From assembly GCA_044440125.1 (NCBI GenBank), contig JBITAJ010000022.1, positions 288,001-352,000 on the forward strand: a stretch of 64,000 nt of DNA. The letters run 5' to 3'. The notes beneath the pieces are model-generated. The model was not told the DNA's origin, made no database searches, and was given only the letters and a program-made list of their open reading frames with translations. Source of the stretch: Sedimentisphaeraceae bacterium JB056 (GTDB lineage: Bacteria > Planctomycetota > Phycisphaerae > Sedimentisphaerales > Sedimentisphaeraceae). Positions within the stretch are counted from its first letter, which is position 1. Each line of letters starts with the position of its first letter. Positions 9,244 through 18,674 of the stretch are shown piece by piece. A program made the translations under genes and the position numbers.

Positions 9244-10017
9244 ATGAGAAAAATCATCTTAGCCGCAACATTATTTTTTGCAATTTTATTTGCGGGCTGC
9301 TCAAACAAAACGGCTATCAACCCATGTGATGTTGAACTCGGCAGTCATGTCGCTGTTACGCCTTTATCAAAACCGGACGTCAACTGGTGGATGCCCAGGC
9401 ATCAGGGAGTTTTAGAAAGAATCAAAGAAGGAAATGTTAACATTCTGTTCATTGGTGATTCAATAACTCACGGCTGGGAAAAATCCGGTAAAGAAATGTG
9501 GGACAAATATTATGAACCACGCGGTACTGTTAATATGGGCTTCAGCGGCGACAGGACGGAAAATGTTTTATGGCGACTTGAGAACGGCGAGATTGACAAT
9601 ATCTCTCCTAATCTGGCTATCATAATGATAGGGACCAACAATGTTGTACCTAATACAGCAGAGGAAATTTCTGACGGTATAAAGGCAATCATATGCAAGT
9701 TCAGAACAGAGTTGCCTGAAACGAAAATACTTCTTCTTGCTATATTCCCAAGAGGTTCTTATGAACAGCGTAAGATAAAGACTGCAGATGCTACCATGAA
9801 TCCGCTATGGGAAAAGAACAACAAAGCAAGCGAACTTGCTTCAATGGTTGCAGACGATGATATGATATACTACCTTGACATTAATGATAAGTTTCTCGAT
9901 GAGAATGGAACATTGACACGCAGCATGATGCCTGACCTGCTTCATCCTAAAGAAAAAGGCTACAAAATCTGGGCAGAGGCAATGGAACCTACAATCAAAA
10001 AGCTTATGAACGAATAA
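9244..10017 (+). CDS. SGNH/GDSL hydrolase (PAF-acetylhydrolase-like; probable carbohydrate esterase), lipoprotein
   Basis: Lipobox FAG|C; FIGDSIT, GFSGDRT, IGTNN, DLLHP blocks. Confidence 0.9.
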   Translation: MRKIILAATLFFAILFAGCSNKTAINPCDVELGSHVAVTPLSKPDVNWWMPRHQGVLERIKEGNVNILFIGDSITHGWEKSGKEMWDKYYEPRGTVNMGFSGDRTENVLWRLENGEIDNISPNLAIIMIGTNNVVPNTAEEISDGIKAIICKFRTELPETKILLLAIFPRGSYEQRKIKTADATMNPLWEKNNKASELASMVADDDMIYYLDINDKFLDENGTLTRSMMPDLLHPKEKGYKIWAEAMEPTIKKLMNE

Positions 10018-10038
10018 ATTTAAGTTGATATTAAATTG

Positions 10039-10074
10039 AAAAGGCGGGAAGAATTAATTCTTCCCGCCTTTTTT
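10039..10074. terminator. Bidirectional intrinsic terminator
   Basis: Perfect 34-bp palindrome AAAAGGCGGGAAGAATTAATTCTTCCCGCCTTTT between convergent genes. Confidence 0.9.
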
Positions 10075-10076
10075 CG

Positions 10077-12014
10077 TCAGCTCTTATAGATTTCTTTTAA
10101 GGTTAATGCCGCAGGTTTGGGATTACCCTCAAAATCAACAATGGAAGTATTAGCCGTACATGGAAAGCTGTCATGTCCCATCCATAAAATTATACCGCCG
10201 CAACGAGGAAAACGTTTTTTGCACGAAGCAACCGCTTTGCAAAGAATATCAGACTGCCTTTTCTGGCTCCACTTAATGTAATCTTCAAGCGTTTTAGGTT
10301 TTTCTCCCTTCTCTTTAATATACTGCTCAAGTTCAAGCCACCAGCCGGTTCTTCGCCATAAGCTATTTGTTTCACTCGGCATAACATCAAGGTTTCCCGA
10401 ATATTTCCTGATCAACTTTGCATCAGAAGAACCGGGGGCTCCTGTTTCAGAACGGAATAATGAATCATCTTTATCCCAGTAATTTTCCCAACCGCTGTCA
10501 AGGGCACCATCAACCTTCCAAGGACCGTGTACCTCCCAATGACTGGCAGTTCCAAATCTTTCTTTTTCGGCAAGAAAAGAAGGACCGGAAGGTGATGCCG
10601 GTACAAATCTTCGCTGCGGATCTTTTCCCTTAATCAGTTCATCGGCATTTCTAAACATCGGATGCTCAAGTCCTAAAGGAATACCTTCCTTCGTAGTAAG
10701 CTCATTCCCGCCGCACCATAATAAAATACTTGCATGATGATGGAGCTGCTGGATATACGTATTCGTAATCTCGGTATACTGATTAACAATCGCATCATCA
10801 TCCGGCGGATAATTTTCTATACCCGACGAAGAAAGCGGCATGTCCTGCCATACCAGAATTCCAAGTTCATCACATATATCATAGAAACATTGTTTCTCAC
10901 GAGTATATCCGCCCCAAACCCTGAGTATGTTCAAGCCAAGAGATTTATAAAGTTCAAGTCTCTTTCTATACTCACATTCATCAACATCTGCATAATTCGG
11001 TCTTATCGGTGTCCAATTCACGCCCTGCAAAAACACATCCTCGCCATTGATATTACATATCCACGGATCGGCTATTGAAGGGGCATCAAGACAGCTTCTC
11101 CACTCAACCGTTTTGAAACCAACGCTACGTATAACCGAATCAATAATATCACAGCTTTGGTTAAGCAGGTGTATTTCAAGCTTATAAAGATTACTGTCAC
11201 CTTTACCGTTAGGCTGCCACGGAAGAACATCCAAGCCTTCAATAGTGAATTCTTCGGTTCGGAACTGTTCAAGACTAACAACCTTATCAAAAACGACCAA
11301 GTCTTGATTGTAAAGCTTAAACTGCAAATCAAACTCGTCATTGCTGTCTATATCAGCGGTAACACTCAGACTGCCGCTCTTACTCTCAGCATCATAGTCT
11401 GTTTGAATAAAAACATCATTAATTGATGCCTGCGGAATCTGCTCTATAGAAATATCATCCCAAATCCCAATCTGCACAAGCCTGCTGGTCCAATCCCACG
11501 TATAATAGAAACGCGGCTTCCAGTCACGCACCTTTGAAGAACAGTAGAATTGTCCAAGCCATTTCGGCGGACACTCAAAAAGAATCTGCAAGAGATTATC
11601 ATCGGACTTCAGGAATGGAGTAATATCAACAGTATTAACAAGATGACAATTCTCAAACTCAAAGATGCTGTTACCATTAAGATATATCTGCCCCTTATGA
11701 TCAAGTCCTGATGCTTTTAGGCAATAGCCTGCTCCAGTATCAAACCACTGAGCCGGCAATTTCGTTTCATAAAGCCAATGTCGATTCTCTACCCATTCGC
11801 AACATCTTGCATTATCACCAATATTCCAATCCGGTATTATATTACAATCAAGCAACGCCTTCTGGACAGAACCGGGAACTTTTGCCGGTATAGTCTCAAT
11901 ATCAGGTTTGGCTGCGGCACCAACTTCACGACAACCGCCAAGCTGCCATTCAAAAGGTATATATCCGGTAAGAGTCCAATCTAATTGAGCTAAATCACGT
12001 TTAATCAAAGCCAT
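10077..12014 (-). CDS. GH2 beta-mannosidase-like glycoside hydrolase (short form)
   Basis: VPGSV, WDW, LQGVNWTP, LRVWGG, CDELGILVWQD, WCGGNE, SETG; no signal peptide. Confidence 0.85.
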   Translation of the reverse strand: MALIKRDLAQLDWTLTGYIPFEWQLGGCREVGAAAKPDIETIPAKVPGSVQKALLDCNIIPDWNIGDNARCCEWVENRHWLYETKLPAQWFDTGAGYCLKASGLDHKGQIYLNGNSIFEFENCHLVNTVDITPFLKSDDNLLQILFECPPKWLGQFYCSSKVRDWKPRFYYTWDWTSRLVQIGIWDDISIEQIPQASINDVFIQTDYDAESKSGSLSVTADIDSNDEFDLQFKLYNQDLVVFDKVVSLEQFRTEEFTIEGLDVLPWQPNGKGDSNLYKLEIHLLNQSCDIIDSVIRSVGFKTVEWRSCLDAPSIADPWICNINGEDVFLQGVNWTPIRPNYADVDECEYRKRLELYKSLGLNILRVWGGYTREKQCFYDICDELGILVWQDMPLSSSGIENYPPDDDAIVNQYTEITNTYIQQLHHHASILLWCGGNELTTKEGIPLGLEHPMFRNADELIKGKDPQRRFVPASPSGPSFLAEKERFGTASHWEVHGPWKVDGALDSGWENYWDKDDSLFRSETGAPGSSDAKLIRKYSGNLDVMPSETNSLWRRTGWWLELEQYIKEKGEKPKTLEDYIKWSQKRQSDILCKAVASCKKRFPRCGGIILWMGHDSFPCTANTSIVDFEGNPKPAALTLKEIYKS

Positions 12015-12015
12015 T

Positions 12016-13389
12016 TCAAAATCCGCTTACAACAAATATCTGAGAATACTTTTCACCGTCAGAATCTGGTACTGTTTTTGTAAAAGCTATATTATCGCCA
12101 TTATTAGACCAGATAGGTATTGAAGGATTCAGACCATCCTTAGGCGTAAGCCTTACATAGCTTCCGTCTTTGAGCGAAGTAACAAATACCGAACCATCGG
12201 CAACATAAGTAATTCGCTGGCCATCAGAGCAAACACTTACCGTACTTGTTACGGGAAAATCATGATTTGTAACCTGAGTAATTTTTTTATCTGCTATGCT
12301 CGCATAATAAACTTGGTTAAGACCTTCATAATCTTTCATAAGAAAGAATATCTTATCACCATCATAAGAACTGCTCAGCCAGAAACGCGGATCGCTGCTT
12401 AGCCCGGGATATTTTCTATCTTGCGTATATGTGAGGCGAGTTATCTTAGCACCGGCAGGCGGATACGGCATATGCCCCATCGTGCCTTCAAGCGGACCAT
12501 CTCCTACCGCAGTGATATCATCAGGAATATCAACAATAAATAACTCAGGCACTTCGTTGCCGTTTTTATCTACAGTCTTGCCTTTATAAGCAACAGCCCT
12601 CTGCCATTTACCGGTTTCTGTCTTATACCCTTTCAATCCAACCAAACAATTTTCATAAGCTTTTGACACTTCATCAGAACCGGGCTTGGGATCAGCTGCG
12701 ACCTCAACAAGAAGCACAGTAAAATATTCACCGTCAAAATTCTCCTGCTCTGCATCTTTGTCAACTTTAACACTGCCAATATCAGCAGATACACCAATCG
12801 TCCGCAGATTAAGCGTTTTGCCGGTTTTTTCTTCAAGCTGTGCCATTATCATATCATTGTATGTAAAGGCAACTAACTTGCCATCATTACTCCATTCGTG
12901 GCAATGCGTACCGCCGCGAGAAGCTCCCGCCGTAAACGGATAAGTAACATCTCTTGCATCAATACGGACAAGTTTATTCAGTTCTGGCTCTTCAATACAG
13001 CCGGCACTTCTTCGCCAAAACTCATACTTCTGCTGTGGACTGCAATGACTTGGACCATGTATAAATACAACTTTGTTTTGCGTATGGCAATAACTTGGCG
13101 TGCCGCAACCGGGGCCATAAGGCTGCTGATTTTCAATTTTGTAAAGAGTTACCATCTCGCCGGTTTCGACATTCAACTTTGCGATGGTATCATTGGTTTC
13201 ATTAGGCCCATTGCAGTAAACCAGCCACTTATCATCCTGTGACCATGCATCAAATATGCCTAAGTAGTGTTTTTTCTGCTCAAAAGTTAACTGCCTTATT
13301 TTTACCGTTTCGTCTGAATTCTCCAGAGGAGAGGCACAACCGCAATAAAACATTAAACTCACCAATAGTAAGACTGTAATATACTTCAT
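12016..13389 (-). CDS. DUF3748/YidR-like TolB-type beta-propeller lipoprotein
   Basis: DARDVTYPFTAGASRGGTHCHEWS, FTYND, PKPGSDE..KAYE, GPLEGT..MP.PP; N-terminal lipoprotein-like signal. Confidence 0.75.
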   Translation of the reverse strand: MKYITVLLLVSLMFYCGCASPLENSDETVKIRQLTFEQKKHYLGIFDAWSQDDKWLVYCNGPNETNDTIAKLNVETGEMVTLYKIENQQPYGPGCGTPSYCHTQNKVVFIHGPSHCSPQQKYEFWRRSAGCIEEPELNKLVRIDARDVTYPFTAGASRGGTHCHEWSNDGKLVAFTYNDMIMAQLEEKTGKTLNLRTIGVSADIGSVKVDKDAEQENFDGEYFTVLLVEVAADPKPGSDEVSKAYENCLVGLKGYKTETGKWQRAVAYKGKTVDKNGNEVPELFIVDIPDDITAVGDGPLEGTMGHMPYPPAGAKITRLTYTQDRKYPGLSSDPRFWLSSSYDGDKIFFLMKDYEGLNQVYYASIADKKITQVTNHDFPVTSTVSVCSDGQRITYVADGSVFVTSLKDGSYVRLTPKDGLNPSIPIWSNNGDNIAFTKTVPDSDGEKYSQIFVVSGF

Positions 13390-13531
13390 TATCCTATTCC
13401 TGCTTTAATCTTATTTAACTTACACTACAATTATTCTTTAATCTTACAAAATCACACCTTTTAAGCAAGGTTATAAAAGTCAGTTCACGCAATCAAATCC
13501 CTGTCCAAGCCACTTTAGATTAAACACATCA

Positions 13532-14974
13532 TCATTTCTTTCTTTTTGCCGGAGATATCTGTGAAAGGGGAATATGTTCAGAAAGTTTTTTCTTTATAGT
13601 CTCATATTGGGAATCAGACGCAAGATTATGCCACTCGTAAGGGTCTTTAGTGTGATTGTAAAGCTCTTCGCTTCCATCGGCATATCTTATATACCGCCAG
13701 TCTCGGCTTCGAATACTGTTAAGGTTTGGTCCGTAAGTTGTAATACTAACCCTGGCGAAATCCTTACCCGGAGCATCTATCAATTCTTCCATGCTTTGTC
13801 CATCCAAAACACCCAAATGTTTCAGGTCGCACATATCAACAAGAGTAGGATAAACGTCAATTAGATTGACAGGTTCAAAGCATACAGAACCAACTTTGAT
13901 ATCAGGCCCCTTTATAATCATAGGAACCCTTGCGGCCTCTTCCCACAAAGTATATTTAGACCAGTTCTCTTTTTCTCCTTTATGTATCCCATGATCACTC
14001 ACCAGAATAATGATAGTATTATCTTTATATTGACTATTTTCAAGATCCTTCAATACACGCCCTATACAATCATCAACAAAAGATATACAGGCCAAATAAG
14101 CCTGAACAAAACTTCTGGCTTTGCCATATTTTTTTATACTCTCATGTATTTTCCACGGCCAACTGTAAGAACCTATTTTTTTGGCAGCTTCCGGCACATC
14201 ATCAAGGTCGTTATCCAGAATCTTCGGCATTGATATTTTGTCGATCGGATACATATCAAAATATTTTTGCGGTGCATATAAAGGTACATGCGGTTTTTTG
14301 CAGCCCCATGCCATAAAGAATGGCTCAGTAAGAGAGTTACTGCACAATCGCTCAGCAACCCAGCCGGAAGTTTTCCAGTCACCGGTCTGTCTGTTTTCAA
14401 CCGGTATCGCTCCCCAGTCATTGCCCCATGTGTTTTCCGGCACAGGCATTCCGTGCAGAGGCATATCTTCATGCGGCGGCTCATAAGTATCAGCATTGGG
14501 CTGATCAATAGCCGGCCAGTACTGGTTCCAGCATTTTACATCATGGTCTGCCTCATGGAATATCTTGCCGCTGCCTGTAACAAAATAGCCATTATCCATG
14601 AAACATTTAGGCAACAGAACTTTATCATCAAGTACTGAGGATTCGGTAAGCCTGTTCCTGTTTTTGTAAATTCCAGTTTTATACGGAGCCATGCCGGAGA
14701 GTAAGGCTGTCCTTGAAGGGGCACATAAAGGCGCAGCACAATTGGCATTCATAAAAATCATGCCTTCACGAGCCAGTTTATCAAGATTAGGCGTTTTAAC
14801 ATCGGGATGTCCACCCATACATCCAACCCAGTCATTGAGATCATCAATAAACAGGAAAAGCACATTGGGCTTTTTGTTTTGAACCAATTCAATCCCATAT
14901 GCACCAAGACTTAACACCGACAACGATGCTATGCTCGACTTTATAAAGGCCCTTCTCGAACACACCTTTCGCAT
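13532..14974 (-). CDS. Tat-exported formylglycine-dependent sulfatase (iduronate-2-/choline-sulfatase-like)
   Basis: SRRAFIK Tat motif; PNVLFLFIDDL; CAPSR (CxPxR); GKIFH; KPHVP; SDHG. Confidence 0.92.
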   Translation of the reverse strand: MRKVCSRRAFIKSSIASLSVLSLGAYGIELVQNKKPNVLFLFIDDLNDWVGCMGGHPDVKTPNLDKLAREGMIFMNANCAAPLCAPSRTALLSGMAPYKTGIYKNRNRLTESSVLDDKVLLPKCFMDNGYFVTGSGKIFHEADHDVKCWNQYWPAIDQPNADTYEPPHEDMPLHGMPVPENTWGNDWGAIPVENRQTGDWKTSGWVAERLCSNSLTEPFFMAWGCKKPHVPLYAPQKYFDMYPIDKISMPKILDNDLDDVPEAAKKIGSYSWPWKIHESIKKYGKARSFVQAYLACISFVDDCIGRVLKDLENSQYKDNTIIILVSDHGIHKGEKENWSKYTLWEEAARVPMIIKGPDIKVGSVCFEPVNLIDVYPTLVDMCDLKHLGVLDGQSMEELIDAPGKDFARVSITTYGPNLNSIRSRDWRYIRYADGSEELYNHTKDPYEWHNLASDSQYETIKKKLSEHIPLSQISPAKRKK

Positions 14975-15111
14975 AAGACTCCTTAATAATCTACTTTATT
15001 TTTTCACAGCCCATACCGTCAGATTGGTAACATCAAGAGGTTTTTTATTATCCAAACGTTTTGCAACAATAAACTCGCCAACAAAATCAGTAACTAAAAT
15101 TTAACACTAAA

Positions 15112-16155
15112 TTACAGGCTATCAAGAATTTCCTGCAAAGCAACTTCAGCATAGGCCATATAAGTATCAGCAGCACCATAATAGATTTTCACTTTATCAT
15201 CCTCTACCAATACGCCGCAATTGAAGATAACATTGCCAAAGAAACCATTAATCTCATAATCAGTTTCAGGCTGCATTATAGGCTCTACAGAACGGGAAAC
15301 AATCTTCCAAGGCTCATCCTTATCAAGCAAGACAGCTCCAAGACAATACCTGTCATCCTTAGTTGCTCCATGATATATTTCAACCCATCCCTTTTCTGTA
15401 AGGAATGGAACCGCACTGCATCCAACTCTTCCATCATCCCAGAAACCATCTCGTGAAGACATCAGGTAACGATGATTACCCCAACATACCAAATCTGGAG
15501 ATTCAGAAATCCATACATCCTTAAATTTATACTCCTCAGATATAGGACGATTAAGTGCATAATACTTGCCGTTTATTTTTTCAGGAAATATTGCAACGTC
15601 CTTATTATCAGGAGTGAATATGACACCATGACGCTGAAAACTTTTCCAGTCTTTCGTTGAAGCAAGACAGGTCGTTACGCCGCCGATTGTTGAACAGGCA
15701 CTGTAATTGATATAATACGTATCACCAATCAATGTAATACGAGGATCTTCAATGCCATACATTTCATAAACATTAGATGCCTGCATAGCCGGCTTTTCAT
15801 CAATATCAAAGTGAATACCATCTTTGCTGCGAGCAATACGGAAATGAGAGATTGATGTCAAGTACTGTCTGCCGGGAGTCTTTATCCTCCTTGTATCAGA
15901 GAAATCACAAGTCGGGTCATCTTTCCTGAAAGGTTTAACTACAAGCTGACCCTTTTCATGATCGAAATAAGGCACATTTATGATCGCCGGATTATCAGAA
16001 ACAGCATCTTCTGCAACTCTAAGAAGCAGCAATACTTCATCATCTACTCTAATCACACCCGCATTAAAAACACATACTACCCTGAAACCATCTCTTGAAG
16101 GCTTAACATCCTGCGGGGTTATTATAGGATTTTCAGGTGAACGAAATACATTCAT
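15112..16155 (-). CDS. GH130 glycosidase/mannoside phosphorylase (beta-1,2-mannoside phosphorylase-like)
   Basis: NPII, VFNAG, LLLRVAE, YLTSISH, GIEDPRI, NKD, IYHG, YYGAAD. Confidence 0.9.
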   Translation of the reverse strand: MNVFRSPENPIITPQDVKPSRDGFRVVCVFNAGVIRVDDEVLLLLRVAEDAVSDNPAIINVPYFDHEKGQLVVKPFRKDDPTCDFSDTRRIKTPGRQYLTSISHFRIARSKDGIHFDIDEKPAMQASNVYEMYGIEDPRITLIGDTYYINYSACSTIGGVTTCLASTKDWKSFQRHGVIFTPDNKDVAIFPEKINGKYYALNRPISEEYKFKDVWISESPDLVCWGNHRYLMSSRDGFWDDGRVGCSAVPFLTEKGWVEIYHGATKDDRYCLGAVLLDKDEPWKIVSRSVEPIMQPETDYEINGFFGNVIFNCGVLVEDDKVKIYYGAADTYMAYAEVALQEILDSL

Positions 16156-16192
16156 TAATTTATCTCCAGTTTCTTATATTAATAATCTATTG

Positions 16193-17167
16193 TTACGCTA
16201 TACACTCTTCTTTATAAAGAGTAGATGTTAAAAAATCGTCAAGCTCTGAGGCAAACCCCCTGAGAATCTTTTTATGCTCGTCTGTTATCTCCGGCACATC
16301 TCTTCTGCAGTAATTCTCCATACTAACGCCTATCATATTAAGATACGTCTTAGCATTAGCAGGATAATTATCACATAAATCCGTTATCTTATTAAACTTT
16401 AACGCTGTTTGAGCAACCAATTCAGCAACACGAGGTTTCTTCTCAAAATTCTCAGAAAGCCAACGATACAACTCTGGGCAAAAATTCGCTGCCGTACCAC
16501 AGTAGCCATTGCATCCATATCTCAGAGACTCCAAAAACGTCGGCAAATGGGCATTAAAGTGAGCCATATTACTTGTACGTATTATACTAAGTCGTCTTTT
16601 GATAATATCTATATCACAGCATGTATCCTTAAAAAAGACATATCTTTCAGTACTAATCAACCATTTAAGAATATGATCTGAAATAAGAATCTTATATGGC
16701 ATTGGATATTCATAGATACCCAATGGTATATCATCCAACGCACCTGTTATCTCTTTAAGCTTTGCAAGAAGTTCCTCGTCAGATTGTCCTTCTCTGACAA
16801 ATTGATTGGGAGACAATACTACTGCTTCAGGACCTGTATCAGCGACTCTCTTTGCAAATTCAATCTGCGCAGGCATCTGGTCATGCAGTATTGCTCCGGA
16901 GACAACCGGAACCCGCCCGTCTACAAGCTTTATAACATTAGCAGAGATATTAACCATTTCATCAACAGTAAGTTCCAATATTTCACCAGAACCGCAACAT
17001 GCAAACAAACCAACCACTCCGGCATTCAGATAAAACTCAATAAGTTTTTCAAATGCTTCATAGTCAACAGTACCATCAGTTTTGAATGGAGTTAACATTA
17101 CAGGCCATGTTCCTGAAGGTATATTTGCTTTATTCATTTTCGGTGCCTTTATAATCATAGTTATCAA
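16193..17167 (-). CDS. DHDPS/N-acetylneuraminate-lyase family class I aldolase
   Basis: PVMLTPF..DG.VD, GSGE, GIYEYP, Schiff-base Lys in FFKDT. Exact start uncertain. Confidence 0.85.
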   Translation of the reverse strand: MITMIIKAPKMNKANIPSGTWPVMLTPFKTDGTVDYEAFEKLIEFYLNAGVVGLFACCGSGEILELTVDEMVNISANVIKLVDGRVPVVSGAILHDQMPAQIEFAKRVADTGPEAVVLSPNQFVREGQSDEELLAKLKEITGALDDIPLGIYEYPMPYKILISDHILKWLISTERYVFFKDTCCDIDIIKRRLSIIRTSNMAHFNAHLPTFLESLRYGCNGYCGTAANFCPELYRWLSENFEKKPRVAELVAQTALKFNKITDLCDNYPANAKTYLNMIGVSMENYCRRDVPEITDEHKKILRGFASELDDFLTSTLYKEECIA

Positions 17168-17187
17168 AATTCAAAGATATCAGCAAC

Positions 17188-18660
17188 TTAAACATTCTCA
17201 AGTCCGAGCCTCTGATACTGCTCTGATGGAGCATCATTTTTTTTCATTAATCCGAGGATATGCTCTATCATATATTTTTCTATTTTCTCATCAGTTATCG
17301 GATTAAGTTGTGATGGATTATTCTTAATATCAAACAGCAGATTTCCATACTTGCTATAATCTCTCCACGGTCTGCCTTTCACTTTCATTGTTTGACAGCC
17401 CTTAGTGAAAGTAAATGGTTCTGCGATCTCTATATTCTGCAACTCATCAATTCCAAAACTATGCCGCATGTGAGTTGCCATATGGGTATATTCATAGAGA
17501 GGTGAACTGTCGGAATTAACCGGCCCTCGCATATATACGTAATTTCCGTCCGTACAATTAACATGTGCCCCATGCAAGCCAAAGAGGGCTGCACTTCGTA
17601 TCTCTCTGCCTTCTGAGTAAGTCGTTTTGAGAGGTTCTCCTTCCATATCTTCCGGAATCTCTGTGTTAAAAAATTCGAGAAGTGTAGGAGCAAGATCTAT
17701 AGTCTGAACAAGACTTTCACACACACCTGAGTCCTTTGTTCTTGGATCCCATATAAATAAGGGAGTATTGGCAATTTCATTGTAAAACGGCAACCAGCAC
17801 TTTGCCCAACTTTCATGCTCGCCTAACAGAAAACCATGATCGGTATTAACAATAAGCATTGTATCATCCCATAAATCATGCTTATCCATCATATCAAGAA
17901 TCCTGCCAAGATTTTCATCACACATACTCACAAGAGAAGCGTATTGCAGCCTGCAGTGATTAACCTCTTCCGGAGTCTCTTTAACAGGTGCATAAGCAGG
18001 CCAGTCAAAAAAAGCTCCTGTGTAATCTTTCTCGTATTTATCCTTCAATCTCTGAGGACTGAAAAATGGTTCATGAGGATCAAAAGTTTCTATAGTAAGA
18101 AACCAGTTATCCGCTTCATGATTTTTTTCAATAAAATCCATCCCAAGCTTAAAAGTTCTATTCTGGCAGAAATCTTTTTCCTCATTCATGTATCCGCGAT
18201 TAACCCAATCCTGCCGCATATACGGCTTTGCGTTAGGGTTATCGACTATCTTTTCAGGAATAGACACTGCATCTGTCAAATCTGCCTTCCACGGATCGCC
18301 TTCCTGCCCTCTTACCGCTTCCCAACTGCTGTAACGTGTATGATAAGTGCAACCCCCATCTTCCCAATAATGATAATGGTCGCTTATCAAATGAGTGTGA
18401 ATTTTATTATTTTTCAAGATCTCAGGCATAGAATCATCAAACGGTTCAATTGGTCCCCAGCTTCTGTGGAGAAAGTTATATCTGCCTGTATGAAGCTCTC
18501 TTCTGGCAGGCATACACGGCATACTGCCTACAAATGAATTAGTAAATTTAACGCTTCTTTTCGCAAGCCTGCTGAAATTAGGAGTATGAATCCAATCACA
18601 TCCATAAGGTTCAAGCATTCTGCGGTTAAGAGAATCAAACATTACCATTATAGCTTTCAT
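17188..18660 (-). CDS. Cytoplasmic sulfatase-family protein
   Basis: MKAIMVMFDSL (start refined to 18660); CMPARR; FDPHEPF; TDHG; no signal peptide. Confidence 0.9.
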   Translation of the reverse strand: MKAIMVMFDSLNRRMLEPYGCDWIHTPNFSRLAKRSVKFTNSFVGSMPCMPARRELHTGRYNFLHRSWGPIEPFDDSMPEILKNNKIHTHLISDHYHYWEDGGCTYHTRYSSWEAVRGQEGDPWKADLTDAVSIPEKIVDNPNAKPYMRQDWVNRGYMNEEKDFCQNRTFKLGMDFIEKNHEADNWFLTIETFDPHEPFFSPQRLKDKYEKDYTGAFFDWPAYAPVKETPEEVNHCRLQYASLVSMCDENLGRILDMMDKHDLWDDTMLIVNTDHGFLLGEHESWAKCWLPFYNEIANTPLFIWDPRTKDSGVCESLVQTIDLAPTLLEFFNTEIPEDMEGEPLKTTYSEGREIRSAALFGLHGAHVNCTDGNYVYMRGPVNSDSSPLYEYTHMATHMRHSFGIDELQNIEIAEPFTFTKGCQTMKVKGRPWRDYSKYGNLLFDIKNNPSQLNPITDEKIEKYMIEHILGLMKKNDAPSEQYQRLGLENV

Positions 18661-18674
18661 AACATCATTCTTTC

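Noticed and set aside
15051..15065. TCCAAACGTTTTGCA as another LacI operator
   Set aside because: Only the AAACGTTT core matches, and no convincing promoter is adjacent.
16193..17167. Calling this dapA or nanA, and 62033-63109 hemE
   Set aside because: Only family-level motifs; the substrate motif is atypical and the context is glycan catabolism, so no symbols were assigned.
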